A stretch of DNA of 63,347 nt, counting the filler, from Phoronis australis (Eukaryota > Animalia > Phoronida): NCBI GenBank assembly GCA_002633005.1. It is 9 parts of 9 records of this genome, joined end to end, with 100 filler letters (N's around TTAATTAATTAA, not from the genome) between each part and the next. Parts side by side here need not be neighbours in the genome. Positions count along the whole stretch, not along the records: positions 1 to 3,160 come from NMRA01003179.1; positions 3,261 to 25,695 come from NMRA01001005.1; 7 more parts are not named here. One strand, 5' to 3'. Positions 1-12,736 of the stretch are shown piece after piece. The position numbers were made by a program, and so were the translations under genes. The number at the start of each line of letters is the position of its first letter. Positions within the stretch are counted from its first letter, which is position 1. Below the pieces are notes generated by a model. The model was not told the DNA's origin, did no database searches, and saw only the letters and a program-made list of their open reading frames with translations.

Positions 1-48
1 CCCCTCCATAAGATACGGTCACACCAGGCTGGACATCGACATTTCTCA
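1..48 (-). CDS. OCRL: OCRL/INPP5B-type 5-phosphatase exon, truncated by window edge
   Basis: ttgcag|T GAG AAA TGT CGA TGT CCA GCC TGG TGT GAC CGT ATC TTA TGG AGG; EKCRCPAWCDRILWRG is the second catalytic motif PAWCDRILW. Confidence 0.92.
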
Positions 49-742
49 CTGCAACAATCGTTCGGAAGTATTTTGTTGACATGGAGAAAGACTTCAATAA
101 GAATACCGAAATACTGGACAGATTGAGCATTCAGGGGTGTTGTGCTCACCAAGGCTAATTAAAAAGAACCAGTGTGGAGATTTACCTGAACTGTCAATCC
201 GTGGGAGTCCAAGGCCAAGCAGAAACAATCACTCGTGTTACATTTTTTTAGCAGACATACCCTTTGCTCACAGCTTTAAAGGAGAAACTGATGGTGTATT
301 CAAACTGCAGTCTATGAGAAAACTAGATGGCCATTTTTTCTCTAAGATAAACGTGTCACATGGAAGGCAACTGTTTTGGCCGCGTACACAAACAAGTTCT
401 GAAATAGTTGCTCAGTTTGTTGTCCAGTTGAAGTGTCAAGCACACAACACACACACTTTCATATTGTAGGGACATATAAATGGTATCTGGAAGAAAATGG
501 GCAATCATACAACAAATAAATAAAGTATATGTGTGCGTGTGTGCATGTGTACATGTGTGTGTACGCGCATACAAGGGGAGTATGCGTAATGTCTTTACTT
601 TTTTGTTTTTCCTTGTATAAATTTAATATTTCTTCATATTTATTTATTAAAATCATTTTAGAAATCTGAGATTTGTTTGGCCACTTCTGTCTGATTTCAT
701 AAGGCAGAGTGATTTTAAAAGTGTGTTAGAGAACATGCTGAC

Positions 743-852
743 CTTGAGTCCCAGTTGTCCGTACCGACGTCATATTTGTATGTAGGCTGGAACAGGATGG
801 GCGCCTCTTGGAAATCAGTGAACACTCGCTGAGCTTTCTTTTGTTGGGTCAG
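743..852 (-). CDS. OCRL: OCRL/INPP5B-type 5-phosphatase exon (110 nt)
   Basis: ctttag|CTG ACC...TCA AG|gtcagc; LTQQKKAQRVFTDFQEAPILFQPTYKYDVGTDNWDSS contains the F-x-PTYKYD motif. Not in the ORF track. Confidence 0.93.
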
Positions 853-1489
853 CTAAAGAACAACCAAACCAAAAAGGTACACTACATAAAAAACAGCCCA
901 TCTTATAAGGACACAACGCAGTAGATTAACAATCATACGGTGTAGCAATGACATTTTTTAACACAACAGAACTGTCAATCACCTGGACACTTTTAGCTTT
1001 AACTGAATGATGTTGAGTGAATTCAAACTACTTGTCTTGTTTGTACACAAAAGATTAAATGGCACAACTAAGTCACAGTAAAAACTTAAAGCATACAAGC
1101 GCTAAATAGACGAAAAATTCTCCATAGCAAGCAGTGTTCTGGTGGAAATTAAAGCTATTCGAGAACAGACGTTGGAAGGAACATTGCACTAAATATCAAA
1201 TGAGTTTTCGGTATTTTACACTCTTGTGGTGTTGAAGTCTTTTGATCGGACTTGCAATACAACCTGTGGAGGGTAATTTGGTTTAATTTACAGAATCATT
1301 TTAGGTAGGTGAATAAGTTGGTCTTTTGGCGACTAAAAGAAAGAGGGGAGGCTGTGGGGTTTAGACATTCACTCTGATCGCTGTTATATCCAAATGCCGA
1401 GATAATACAATGCTTTGGATTTTGACGAGCATAGCAGAACTGTACTTTACATAAACAAGAGCCTGCGCATAGTAGATGATAATCTTCAC

Positions 1490-1601
1490 CTGGTCATATT
1501 CCAAAATCTGTTCAAACATGTTGTTGTCAATGGCTGCCTTGATCTTATCATTATTCAGTTCAGTCACACGGTAGTTAAGATCACCAATCCAAAAGACAAC
1601 A
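1490..1601 (-). CDS. OCRL: OCRL/INPP5B-type 5-phosphatase exon (112 nt)
   Basis: ttgcag|T GTT GTC TTT TGG ATT GGT GAT CTT AAC TAC CGT...GAC CAG|gtgaag; DVVFWIGDLNYRVTELNNDKIKAAIDNNMFEQILEYDQ contains catalytic motif FWxGDLNYR; phase matches both neighbours. Confidence 0.93.
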
Positions 1602-2076
1602 CTGCAACAAAAACCACAACATACTCAAGCCAAGAGATATAGAACATGATAACTATTGCAATAGCTATGTCCCTCCTGTACAGAAAAAACCACCTTATAC
1701 AACACCGATAATAGGGATCACCATTATTTTTCAGACTCACTAAAGGACTCAGAAGCTACTAAAAATACAAAATCACCACTAGAGGACGCCACAGTTGTCA
1801 GACCTGTCCGAAAATCAACATCAACCATTATCATCAGGAACACAACTGCTAAGTTCAATAATGATTTTAAAACATTTTAGTGAATAAAAAGGTGAGCTAT
1901 CATAAGCGTCAGCCCCTGGGTAACACGCTGATCTTGTGCCATCTACCTCATAAAATCAATTTTTTGGGGGGTGAATTTACATCTATTCTCAGGTTCATGC
2001 CTCCCTATAGCAAGGAAATAAATGCAAACATCTGGATGCGGTACTTGTAGAGTTACTAATAATATATAAGCCTTAC

Positions 2077-2264
2077 TCATGGTTAGAGATAGTAAGTGGG
2101 TTCTGGGTGCGATCGTTCCTGTTGAACTGCATACGATTGTTGATCTCACGAAAATCTTGGTTCCGTCTCTCGTACTCATCCATGTGTGCCGCCAAGTGAG
2201 AATTGACGAAACAAATCGTAGTCTCGTGTATACGCAGCCGCACAGCTACACCACCCTTATTGCC
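2077..2264 (-). CDS. OCRL: OCRL/INPP5B-type inositol polyphosphate 5-phosphatase, catalytic-domain exon (188 nt)
   Basis: tttcag|GGC AAT AAG...CAT GA|gtaag; translates GNKGGVAVRLRIHETTICFVNSHLAAHMDEYERRNQDFREINNRMQF...ISNH, the GNKGGV and FVNSHLAAH/RRNQD motifs of type II 5-phosphatases. OCRL versus INPP5B cannot be distinguished here. Confidence 0.93.
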
Positions 2265-2359
2265 CTGAAAATGAGAAAAGCAAGAAGTAGTAAAAGCGAC
2301 AGAGGGCAGCACTGATGCGGAATGGTAACTTTGTGATTCCTTTAGTTGTCATTATGCCA

Positions 2360-3160
2360 AACTAAGGTGAAACTTGCCTGCCCCGCTGTGACCTTAAAAA
2401 GAAGGTCAAGGTCACAAAACTCGACAAGTTGCCCCACCTACATCTTGGTATCAAATACGAACAAAATCTAAACCTTGTTTTTTGAGATGTCGCGTCAGTA
2501 ACATTATGTGCTAAGTGGAAACTTGATTTTCTCGCTGTAACCTTGATAATTAAGCAAAAGCCGCTAAAATCGAACTGATCCCTAGAGTGGTTTGGCTGAT
2601 AGAGAGGTGCACTGAAATAAGAAAGAATATAATTGCCATTAGGAGGCAAAGCAATAGTCGGATCTGTCCAAAAGTCACCATCGTCCATGGCTACGTTCAA
2701 ACAAACACACTTGCTAAATTTAAGAAAGATCCAGCAAGGGATTTAGGAGAAATCACGGATGCGAAAAATACCACTTAGGGGCACCACAGTGGTGGAAGCA
2801 ATCTGGAAATTAATATCAAATTTGTTCTTTTCAGTGGAAGACAACACAATTTTTACAAATATTCTTCGGGCAATGTGGTAGATAGAGGCATGCCAAGACA
2901 CAGATGAGAAATGAGGAAAATTGGCGACTAGGTGGCACAGAATACAATGAATCCACTCAAAAATGAGAAACCTTCGTCTCCTCAATAAATGCCAACTTGC
3001 CAAAGCTCATGATTAACAGACAAGGATACAGGGGGAAACATAAAAAGTAAAACTGCCACTAAGGGGCATAATGATAGTCGAATGCAACCGAAAATTTACT
3101 CATGTCATCCCAACCATGATAGCAACATGTCCGTAAAATTTTATCAATATCTAAATAAAC
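2360..3160. mobile_element. Non-autonomous interspersed repeat(s), Helentron/HINE-like
   Basis: GTGACCTT...AAGGTCAAGGTCAC hairpin at about 2388-2415, an ACAAACACAC tract and CCACTTAGGGGCA-type ends (2771, 3056), which are typical of invertebrate HINE-like repeats. Boundaries approximate. Confidence 0.35.
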
Positions 3161-3260
3161 NNNNNNNNNNNNNNNNNNNNNNNNNNNNNNNNNNNNNNNN
3201 NNNNTTAATTAATTAANNNNNNNNNNNNNNNNNNNNNNNNNNNNNNNNNNNNNNNNNNNN
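3161..3260. other. Artificial scaffold-joining linker (44 N + TTAATTAATTAA + 44 N); identical linkers at 25696-25795, 30164-30263, 33619-33718, 38144-38243, 40324-40423, 43685-43784, 57939-58038
   Basis: Eight 100-nt linkers of identical structure; TTAATTAATTAA places stop codons in all six frames. Confidence 0.98.
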
Positions 3261-3895
3261 AGGTATCTGTGTGCGTTTTACATATTTCTTAACTTATTAT
3301 GTTGCTGGATGACTTTCCCATAAGACATACCTACACGCGATTCTGCTCTGGCTGAAGTCTGGTGATTAAGAACAGAAAGTGGTATGAGAACGCCGGTGGG
3401 CTTGAATAGCGCATAGTGAGCGCACTATTGTTGTCACGGAAATAATTTCACGAGCAGCGATCAATGGCCCAGTTCGAATAAACTCGGGGAGAGTACGTTA
3501 ACGTGAATGTTCATAATTTCATATTTTTGTTGTTTGCTTTATATTGTATACTCGTTTACAATATACTCCATATAACGTTGACATTTTTTATTTAACAATT
3601 TGTTTTTTCAAACTGTATTTACTGGTGAAATTACAGTTTTGTCGGTCCCTCCCACTCTGCAATTTACTGAAGAGTAGACGAGACGATTACACTCTGCCGG
3701 GAACGACATTTGTAAGTTTGGTACATGTAAGTGATTTGGTCGCGTTGTTTTTTCTGTTTTTGGCTCTCAAACTTGCCGAATCGACTGACTTAATTGCAAA
3801 AAACAGGGAAAAGCCAGCCGAGCTCACGGCTCAACTCATTAGTTCTAAGTTGTTTCTTGTTCTATGTTCAGATCGATTCGAGATTGTGTATAGAC

Positions 3896-4435
3896 TGGGT
3901 CGAGTGGGTTGTGGGTCGTGGGTCGAGGGGGTTGTGGGTCGTGGGTCGAAGGGCGTGGGGGCAATCAAATATTGACCACCCCTTGGTTCAGTTGGTTGTG
4001 GCTCACATGTGTCTGCAGCATTTCTCGTCTTGCAAGTGGGTCGAGTTCATACGGCCTCAAAGTTGACGAAAGTTCGGTAAATGGAAAATCGAATTCATTG
4101 TCTGATTCTTCAACTTCAGTGTGATGCCCGTATCCACTCTCCTTTCTGTCTGCATACATGTAACAATTATCCAGTTCTCGCTCAAAATCGTCTTTGTCTT
4201 CTGACCTGCTGGGTTCCGACATTGCAATTTTTTAATTGATTGTCAAGTGGCCAACCGTCTTCCACCTATTGCATCATTTGGCGGGAAACTTAGAAATAAC
4301 CAATTTGTCTTCAAAATTAACAAAAATCGCGACTAGTTTGAATAAAGAGTGCTTATTTAGTTATATTTAATGGTATTCGTGTCATTTTCGCTACCTGAAA
4401 CCTCAAAAACTAAGAAAATGCATGGTGGGAACTCT
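3896..4435 (-). mobile_element. Kolobok-like DNA transposon end with a short acidic ORF (3965-4222) and a G-rich GTGGGTC repeat (3896-3962)
   Basis: Minus strand begins TTAA|AGAGTTCCCACC (TTAA target, purine-purine terminus). The ORF about 210 nt inside is acidic and contains LRPYELDP, reminiscent of the PYxFEP N-terminal motif of Kolobok accessory (P2X7-intracellular-domain-like) proteins. Confidence 0.35.
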
Positions 4436-5187
4436 TTAAAAATAAAACAGTCTGATTAGGAATGCTACGCCACGTGTTTGACGAACCTATAAGAGTATAC
4501 AGAAATGGGTCTGTCTGCATAAAATCAGACCAGGCTACAATTTCTACTTCACAACCCAGTACTACCGAAATAACTCTGTCGCATCTCAAATGGTTTTACG
4601 AACCATTTCTTTTTTCATAAACTGTCACAAAATGGTAGTTGTGACAATTGATAACAGAATTCCCCAGGCTAAAATCATTATGAAAAACTTAAATTGCACT
4701 AAAAGCGACATTTCACAAAAAGATACCTTGTTAGGCCCCTTTAACACAAAACTGCTTTTACATACATTAAAATGGCCAGTATTTGTTTTGGACATGGTAA
4801 CCGAAAAAGTAAAATATTTTAAGTCACAAACAACTCCGACAAGGACATGATTGGTTCATGATATAGTTAACATGCACAATATTCAGTGAAGATGGATCAA
4901 GCGAACTTAAAATCAGTTTCTAAAAATCTCGAGGAATTAACCATTTGAAACCTAAACATTGACAATCGTTCCATCCCGTTGTATCCAAGGTACACATGTA
5001 GTAAGTCCAGTCCCGCTAAGATGGTCGTATCATTAATTGGTGTTGACGAACAATTCATAGGGGTGGTTTATGGAGGTTTTCAGCTTATGATAACATTACT
5101 TTAGTAACAATATTCCATTTTTACAAAAACACAGTATTGCCTTCGCAATAACATTACTGCGGCCGTCTTAAAAGAGACTTAACTTAC

Positions 5188-5268
5188 AAGCTTTGATAAA
5201 ACTGACCTCAGGTGCACTGAATGTGGCAGTCGCGACCAGCTGTGCAGCGGATGCCTTTAAAAGTTTAA
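5188..5268 (-). CDS. Probable exon 5 (stalk/linker) of the Ig-superfamily gene
   Basis: gtattcag|TT AAA...GCT T|gtaagt, 81 nt, open in frame, phase 1-1 (VKLLKASAAQLVATATFSAPEVSFIKA). No homology evidence. Confidence 0.5.
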
Positions 5269-5710
5269 CTGAATACAGAAAATTACTTTTCGGACATTTT
5301 TTGAATTGCTACTAAATCCTTCTCAACACTGCAAGTAACAGATAGTAAGCATACTTAGACCTTACCAGGTGTTGGGGAGTATGTGCCCACAGCAGGTCTT
5401 CGTATAATAGGTTTTGCTGCAATCATGAACATAGATATCGATACAATATTGACGTGATAGGTTAAGACTTAAACGACTGCCTGCAAAAGGTAAAATTAGT
5501 GTTGGTAACAAAATGTTTGCTTTTGTAACGAGCACGCGCCTTAAAACAATTTCCAAGCAGTCATAATCAAATCGATTAATAAGTTATTCCTTATATGCAA
5601 AGTGGCCACGTCATGGTAAAGTATCTGACGTCAGCGTTAGTCAACAACTTCACACGTGACAACGTTCAACTTCTGAGGGTTGTCAGTGACTACTTCACCA
5701 GAACACCCAC

Positions 5711-6010
5711 CTGTAGCCCTTGTAATGACGTGTTTGGATGCTGTGAACGTTACACCCCGTACCGTGTTGGTCGCAAAACACACGTAGACAGATTCATTGA
5801 CTGTGATGGAAAGGACAGCACTAATGACGCTATCTCTTGAGTCGACCTGGCGCCAACTGTACAGGTGAGGAGCGGGAATGGGCGGAGACGACGGGTTGAC
5901 ACCACAAGTTAAACTAACTTGATCATTGATGTAGTACTCAAACGGTGAAGTACACTGGGTGGTGGACGTCATGCACACTTGAATATTGGCATCGGATACA
6001 GGCACAGGTG
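5711..6010 (-). CDS. Ig-superfamily surface protein, exon 4: C2/I-type Ig domain
   Basis: caaccag|CA CCT...ACA G|gtggg, 300 nt, phase 1-1; DQVSLTCGVNP...PHLYSWRQ...AVLSITVNESVYVCFATN. Confidence 0.85.
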
Positions 6011-6526
6011 CTGGTTGAAAAAGGAAACGTAGAAGAAACCACGACAAAATCTAATCAACGTTCATAAACCGTGAAAGACTACCGTGTGTGGCTAACAGTG
6101 TTGGCTATTTTCAGGAATTTTAAAGCTTACTGGAAAAATTATTATCCAGTTTAATTATTGAGTTATCTTTTCAAACGAACATAGACGCCACATCAAACAA
6201 AAAACATGTCATAGTACTACGTAAAGACAGCCTCCAGCGTCTAAAACACCTGTTTGACACCAGAAATGCAACATAAAAATGTTTTTGCTTCTTACATACC
6301 ACAGAATGTAATTAATTGCGACTCAAATTACATCGCTCATAATTTGTAGTCCCTTCGAGCCCCGAGGAAAAAAATCTCAAGCAATCAGTATTCCAATACA
6401 ATGGAGACACGGTGAAAGTCAAATTTGTTGTAACGATGATGTCATACACTTCGATTGGTGCAAGCGCCATCTCAAGCTTTTTTTTGGCTCTGAAAGGGAT
6501 TCGTGACGAGGCTACTGTATTGTCAA

Positions 6527-6625
6527 AGGCCTACTGGGGCATGCTATGACACTGTATGTTGATGTTTTTCATCAAAATACATATTTTAGATATAAAAATA
6601 GTCATTTTGGCACCATACTAGGCCT
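6527..6625. mobile_element. Very short Kolobok-like MITE
   Basis: TCAA|AGGCCTAC...CTAGGCCT|TTAA: terminal inverted repeat AGGCCTA with a TTAA-like target duplication. Confidence 0.45.
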
Positions 6626-9250
6626 TTAATATTTGACGTGCAAAATGACACTCTTATACGTGAACACTTTAACGTGTCTATATAAAAACCAGTAGATTTT
6701 CGAAAATCAGTGTTAGCATCAAAATTAAAAACAGCTTCATTTTTTGTACATAGATAGGTATCCTAACAAAAAAATAAATGCCACATTTTGTGCACTCAAT
6801 GACCCCTAATTCCTGGAGCACTAGAAGTTGCAAAATAGTTTGAAAGTTGTACTTTGGCGGCTGGAATAACCAATTCGTATACTGTAAATAACTATTTATC
6901 ATTAACTCAAATTTGACGGCTTTATTCTAGACATGGGAGATAACCCACAGACCACTTTCACTAGCTAATTTCAGTGGCTGTTTTTGTGACCCACTTGCTG
7001 TCATACTTCACCTTGTAGCTTTTTAAAACTTTTTGAACATAGAGTTAAAGAGTAAATCGTGATGACTGACCAAGAAAATATCTATTTGAACAAGAAATCT
7101 GCTTTGAATTGTTTTAAAAGTCAAGTCTAAAGTCTTTCAAATGAAAACAATGTGGATGTATTGGGATGTATTAGGCGATCAGTATGAAAACTGAACCCGA
7201 TGACCTTTGTCCAGTGAATCAGTTGACATTAGGTTTGGGGATATATCAAACACCTGTACATGTAAACCTCTTGTTTTCTTCCATTATCATTTATTCGATA
7301 ATTGCAGGTCAAATAAATGAAAATGAATCTCTTTGAAATTTGAATTTGTAAGAATTGTTGTTTTAGGTATTATGTTCTTAAATTCCTTGTTGCAAACTGC
7401 CCATGTGGTTCCAGTATCCGAAAATACTTACTACATAAATTCTTATTTTCGACACCCTTTCTTTATATTCTTTTCGCCTTTCTTGCCAAAAGCGATTTTG
7501 TAACAGTATTTGACCCTTTTCTCTGAGCGTATGATTACCGGTTGTCATCGGTTATTTCCGTACCCACATTTCCGGCTCATCAGTTCAGGAACTTGGCTTG
7601 CTCGAAAAGTCTTCATTATTTTGTTTTATTAGTAATATATCGTGATTCGTTTGCATATGTAGTGTATTTATAGTTTGTAGTTAGTGGTCGTTGATTTTTT
7701 TGGAATGTTACGCGTACTTAGTATGTTAAAAATAGCATTGGTGTTTAGTTCCTTACGTAGGCCGGTCGAACCTAGGAACCAATATGGGTCGAACCAATTT
7801 TTTTCGGTTTTATTTTTTCCTCGTTTTGAAAAAGTACTTTGCTATCATCGGAAAGGTAGTACATTCTACTCAGTAAAAATCGAAAAAAGTATCAAAATCG
7901 GGGCAAGCACTGTAAAGTTATTGCAAGTTTTGTGGCGAAATTTGGGTCACTTTGTTTGGATCGCGTCGGCCATATTGGAGGACAGCGGCATGAGTTACGA
8001 GTTTAAAACTTTGTGTAAATTGTTTTCGCCAACAAATTACGGTAAAATTTAGTTAGACATATCTTTACTTACTATTCTGCACGATTTAGCAGTGTTCGCC
8101 AAATTTCAGCCTCGCAGTTGTTACTCATTACTAAGTGATAAATGTGCTCACAATTCCCGTTGGACTTCGATCGTCTCATTTCTGACGGCACCTACAATGT
8201 CGACTTTTGCTGAACTGAAAGGCATGTTCAATCGGCTACTTTATAATTTGTGAAGATTTAACGTTGATGCATTTTGACAAACGTTGCTACAAAAAAGAAA
8301 CTTTGTTCAATTTTCGTGTTTTTTGTGTTTGTGGCCAGCAGTGTGACACAGGACTAACCAGCCCGTAATTTCATGCAAGTGTCTGAAACTACCTATGAAA
8401 ATATGCAGCATTTATCATTTGACCATTTTACTTCGACAAAACAGCTTACAACCGCATGCATTTACCTTTCGCCAGTGTCTGGTCTCGATCCGCACCGGGT
8501 CCGATAGGCTGCGGTAATTTCTGTCAAAATTTATTCGCCACACTTCTTCAGCAAATTCCATAAAATTGTCCGTAGTTTGATTTTATCAAAATTAAGGCGC
8601 GCTGTCGATTTTTTTATCCCCGTTTGCTGGCTGGTAACAGTACAGGCACTGCTCCAGTCGCACTGACGGCGTTTTCTCGCCTGGGTTCCTGAATGAATTG
8701 TACTTCCGGGTTCGCGGCAAGTTCAAAAATGCGGTGTTTCTTCGGGTGCGAATCGTGAGTGGCGCGTTCATTTAAACTGTTTTCGAGTACGGATCGTGTA
8801 TTAGTTATGGGGTAGGTACTTCTTGGATCCTTATAACATCTTCTAACCATGTAATAAGGGTTAACAACGCGTGAGACAAGGACTTTAAAGGCAAAATGAA
8901 GAACGAAGGCCATTTCTGTTCGTTTAGAGAGTTTTCCCCAAACAAGTTCCATCACAAAGGCTTTATGGCTTCAGTCAATCAGGCTAAAACACTTCAGAAC
9001 ATCTGAGATGCTGTAAAGTACCGCATAAACCAAGGCCAGCGGCAGAGTACGGGCTCGTACTAGCCAGGATAGGTAAGTTTTGTGACTGAGCAGGACCAAT
9101 AGTGGAGTCAAACTTGAACATATCCATGAAAACCTGTCACAGTTTGCTAATCTCTCTCATCGGATGCCATTTTGTGGAAGTTACGTGAAATCATGCCTGC
9201 TGACGAACAAAAAATCCAAGGGACAAAAATCTTACAAATTTCACGAAGGT

Positions 9251-9631
9251 TAGCACCGTGAAATGTTGTTTATCGTGGCTTCTCATTGGTTAAGGTAATG
9301 AAACCGACGTCATAACATTTAGTCATTCCATTGGTTGAAGTCTGGGAAACCCCTTTCAGTTTACTGTTGCATAGTATGGGGACCACCTTTGACTTGAATA
9401 GTTGCAACTTATTAAAACGGGCAGTGATCGAAGTAAACAAAATCAAGGGAACTCCGATCTCGTGGCTAAGACCAAACACGTACACTGCATATAGAAGGCT
9501 TGTGTAAGTGGGGCGATGTGATCGATGAACTTCCGAGCAAGCATGCACATTGATCCCCACACACGGAATTTCGTGTGTCGTTCATCATGTTTCCACAGGG
9601 CCACTTTCCAGTATAGATGGCGCTGTGTCAG
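9251..9631. repeat. Dispersed repeat family A, copy 1 (copy 2 at 49376-49714)
   Basis: Colinear similarity over about 350 nt (aatgttgttt...accgacgtcataacatt...ttattaaaacgggcagtg...cacacggaatt(t/c)cgtgtg...cagtatag(a/g)tggcgctgt) on two different scaffolds. Confidence 0.85.
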
Positions 9632-11040
9632 ATCGTAATATCTTCCCATGCTATTTTCCAAGTGTCACGCGCCAAGTCACGCGCTTCGCTCAGTTTCGCG
9701 CTAGCCGTTGCCTAACTCACACGACAGAAATACTTTGTGGTTATCGCGCGCGCGGTGAAAAAGTTAACGGTGACTAACGAGTGGAGTTGGAATTCGTCGC
9801 CAAAGTCACCTTAATTCTCGCACCTTCATCGAAGGTATGTGTACAAGCAGAAAAGGATCACTGGAGAATCATAGTTTTACTTGTAGAATGCATTTTTGAC
9901 GATGTGAAAACTTTTAATCGGTGAGCAGATTTCGCCTACATTTTAAAGTGCACAGGGCGAAATTAGTACAGAAAGCAATGGGAAGTATTGAAGCCCCTAA
10001 CCAGCCAACCGAGGCGCTACGTGTTGCGTATGAACAGAGGACCATAACCACCTTAGGTGCCTCCCATCCTATGCCAGTGGCTGTCACAACGAAGATAAAA
10101 ACACGAGTAAGGCAGATTCCGACTGGTGGTCGCGTCCACATTCTCCATGCAGACAAAGAGCGAAGCCATCTATCATTTAGACGAAGCACGCATGTCAGTC
10201 ACAATTCATGTACATATTTTTGAACTAAACAAAAATCATCAGTGTGGTTTTGACCGAATGGTAATTAGTAGTGTTGTCTGCTTTTTGTTTCTAAAATACC
10301 AGCTTTTTACGTCATTTTGCAAGGTAATTACACGTTTCAAGTGGCCCCCTATTGGTAGTTGAGGCAACTGAGAACAGGCAAATAGAACGAAGTGCAGTTC
10401 GTGTAATGCTTCGTAAGCAAAAACTACGGGAGAGGCAATATTTTTTATTTCAGACTATGAAGATGTTAGGAATGACTAAACAAATTATTACGAGACCAGT
10501 TTTTGAAAAGGTGAAATATGGATGCTACAGAGTGCCAAATTTGGCCGAAAATGGCTTCTCAGTGAAAACCTGCAAAGTAGCCGTTTTGTCACACAAAATC
10601 AATGCATACAATTTTAAAATGAAGTTTGAGAGTGATGCCATTAACTTATTCAATCAAGGTCCTTTAAAACCGTAACGCTCATTTGTTATCAGCTAGCTAT
10701 ACTGTACATGCTTGTAAAATGCATTCAAACATGTCTACTTCGGCGCCCAATTTTATTGTAAAATGGAGGTACATACCATAAACAGAGAATAAATGGATGA
10801 AAATTCTTAAAAAGCAAATATTTCTACATCTTGGCAAACTAAACTCATGCGTTAAGTATAAAAAGCTGCGATTATGGGTATAGACTCGACCTATTGGTTT
10901 TTATATGGAGTTACTCTAAGTGTTGAAAGAACAAACAAGGTGAGAATAAAAACGAGTAACAATACTCTAAGCATTTTCAACAACGCGTTATACATGTACC
11001 AGACCTTCGTCTAGTACAGCTTGAGAATAATCTAACTTAC

Positions 11041-11364
11041 CAGTCACCTCAATGGCACCAGTTTCAGCTGACAAAGTAGCCTGCCTGTTGGACACGCTAC
11101 ACCTGAATTGTACACCGTCATCAGCTTCATCCAGGTTGACCGTCAGTGTACAGGTGCCGCTAGTTGTCCCATCTGCGTTGTAGGTGGCATTGAAAGTAAC
11201 ATTCTCATTTATGTAAGTGTATGTAGCGTGGCCAATCCAGCGTGACCACACCAAAGTAGCTTGAGGTTTGCCCAGGTTGGCAGTACACGTGAGGACAGTC
11301 GGTCCTGCTCCACCAAGGACAGGTTGTGTGGGAGTTCCATTTATGGATGGCGTACCTGGAATTA
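11041..11364 (-). CDS. Ig-superfamily surface protein, exon 3: CD80-like C2-set Ig domain
   Basis: ttatcag|TA ATT CCA...ACT G|gtaag, 324 nt, phase 1-1 (alternative in-frame acceptor at 11355). PTVLTCTANLGKPQATLVW...TLTVNLDEADDGVQFRCSVSN has the canonical C, W and DDGxxFxC. Confidence 0.88.
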
Positions 11365-12280
11365 CTGATAAAAACAGCGGGATTGGATATGGAGCCGAAT
11401 CTTCTCCAACCTACATGTAGCTCGCAGTTCAACCATCCTCCAGGTCACCGCATCCGTGGTTGTTTTTTGTCGTAACTTGCTGTACTTTCAAAAATTCTTA
11501 AAAGGCTTACTTGATAGCTTAACTGCAAAATGATGGAATACTCATTGTCAGGAGCATAACGAAGGCATGTTTTGGTGATTTTGCCATTAAGCAAGTGTTG
11601 CTTCAGAGCACAGTTCCTAGAATGTTTTATTAAACATTGAGGGAATTGGGCCTGATGAATTAAGGTAAATATTTCGAAAACAGAACCAAACTTACGTTTT
11701 GCAAGGAAACCTCTCAATCGTAGCTGATTCGAGGAAGTGTTATAATTAACGAATTGGTCTGTTCAAGACGGTCACGCTGCGGACAAAATTATTTTACTTT
11801 CAACTAGGATATATTTTTATTTAAGGTCAGAGTTCGGCGAAATCCCACTGTCAGTAGAGTATTTTATACTCAGTAGTCTAAAATATTTGACCATTTCATT
11901 TATCAATCTTTGAAACGAAAAAAACGTTTGTTGTGTAATTAATATTTCTTTTTGTATTTAACTGTGCTCGTATATGTTTTTTTAAAATTTTATTTGGGTC
12001 TCTGGCCTGGAATGCAATAACGTAAAATAAAGTAAACTAGTGTTCTTGTGGCCTCAAACCTGTCATAGAGGGTAACTACAGTAAACTATACACTACTACA
12101 CGCTCTCATAAAGTACAGACAATCATTCTAGCAAATTGTTTTTCAAGACCACAGTTCTCTTTGTGTTCTCAGGAGCTGGGATATCCATTTTTCATGCACA
12201 GTTATTTGACGTTTTTTGGCCCTATTAATCTGCATTCTGTTGCAAACTCTTGAGTTTCAAAGAGAAAAGGCTGTACTTAC

Positions 12281-12643
12281 AATCCACAACAAGCCAGCTT
12301 ATTGAATATTCATAAGCGCCAACAATGTACACATCCACAAAGTACAGACCGTCATCGTCAAGAGTAACATTGGACAGTGTGATGGTGAACTCAGTTTTTC
12401 CGTACGAGTAGTCAGTAGAGCCACGAGATGCATAGTCACCGTGGAACATTCCATCATAGACGGGTGGATTGGGTGATACAATGTAGGGGGCTTCAAACAC
12501 AGCGATGTAGAATTTCCGAAGTAAAACCTTGCGAAAGGCTTCACCACTCCCAAATGTATAACGTATCCTGAACGTAGCGTTTCCACCATTAATGCCGATG
12601 ATTTCACTAGGTGTAAACACAGTAAGGGCAGAAACAGTGATAT
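12281..12643 (-). CDS. Ig-superfamily surface protein, exon 2: V-type Ig domain lacking the canonical cysteines
   Basis: ttttcag|AT ATC...GAT T|gtaag, 363 nt, phase 1-1. Contains GINGGNATFRIRY (A'/B strands), ASRGS...EFTITLSNVTLDDDGLYFVDV (D/E/F strands, DxGxYxV) and SWLVVD (G strand). Confidence 0.85.
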
Positions 12644-12736
12644 CTGAAAAGTGATAAAAATCTTATACTCAGACGCAAAATTGACATGACACAGATCCAC
12701 TAATAGATAGTTTGCGTAAATGTGAACCAAGGCAAG

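Noticed and set aside
8614-8955. ORF with MVRRC…GAVP resembling THAP
   Set aside because: Lacks the second Cys, Trp and CxxHF. It overlaps a TTAACCCT piggyBac-like end whose partner I could not find.
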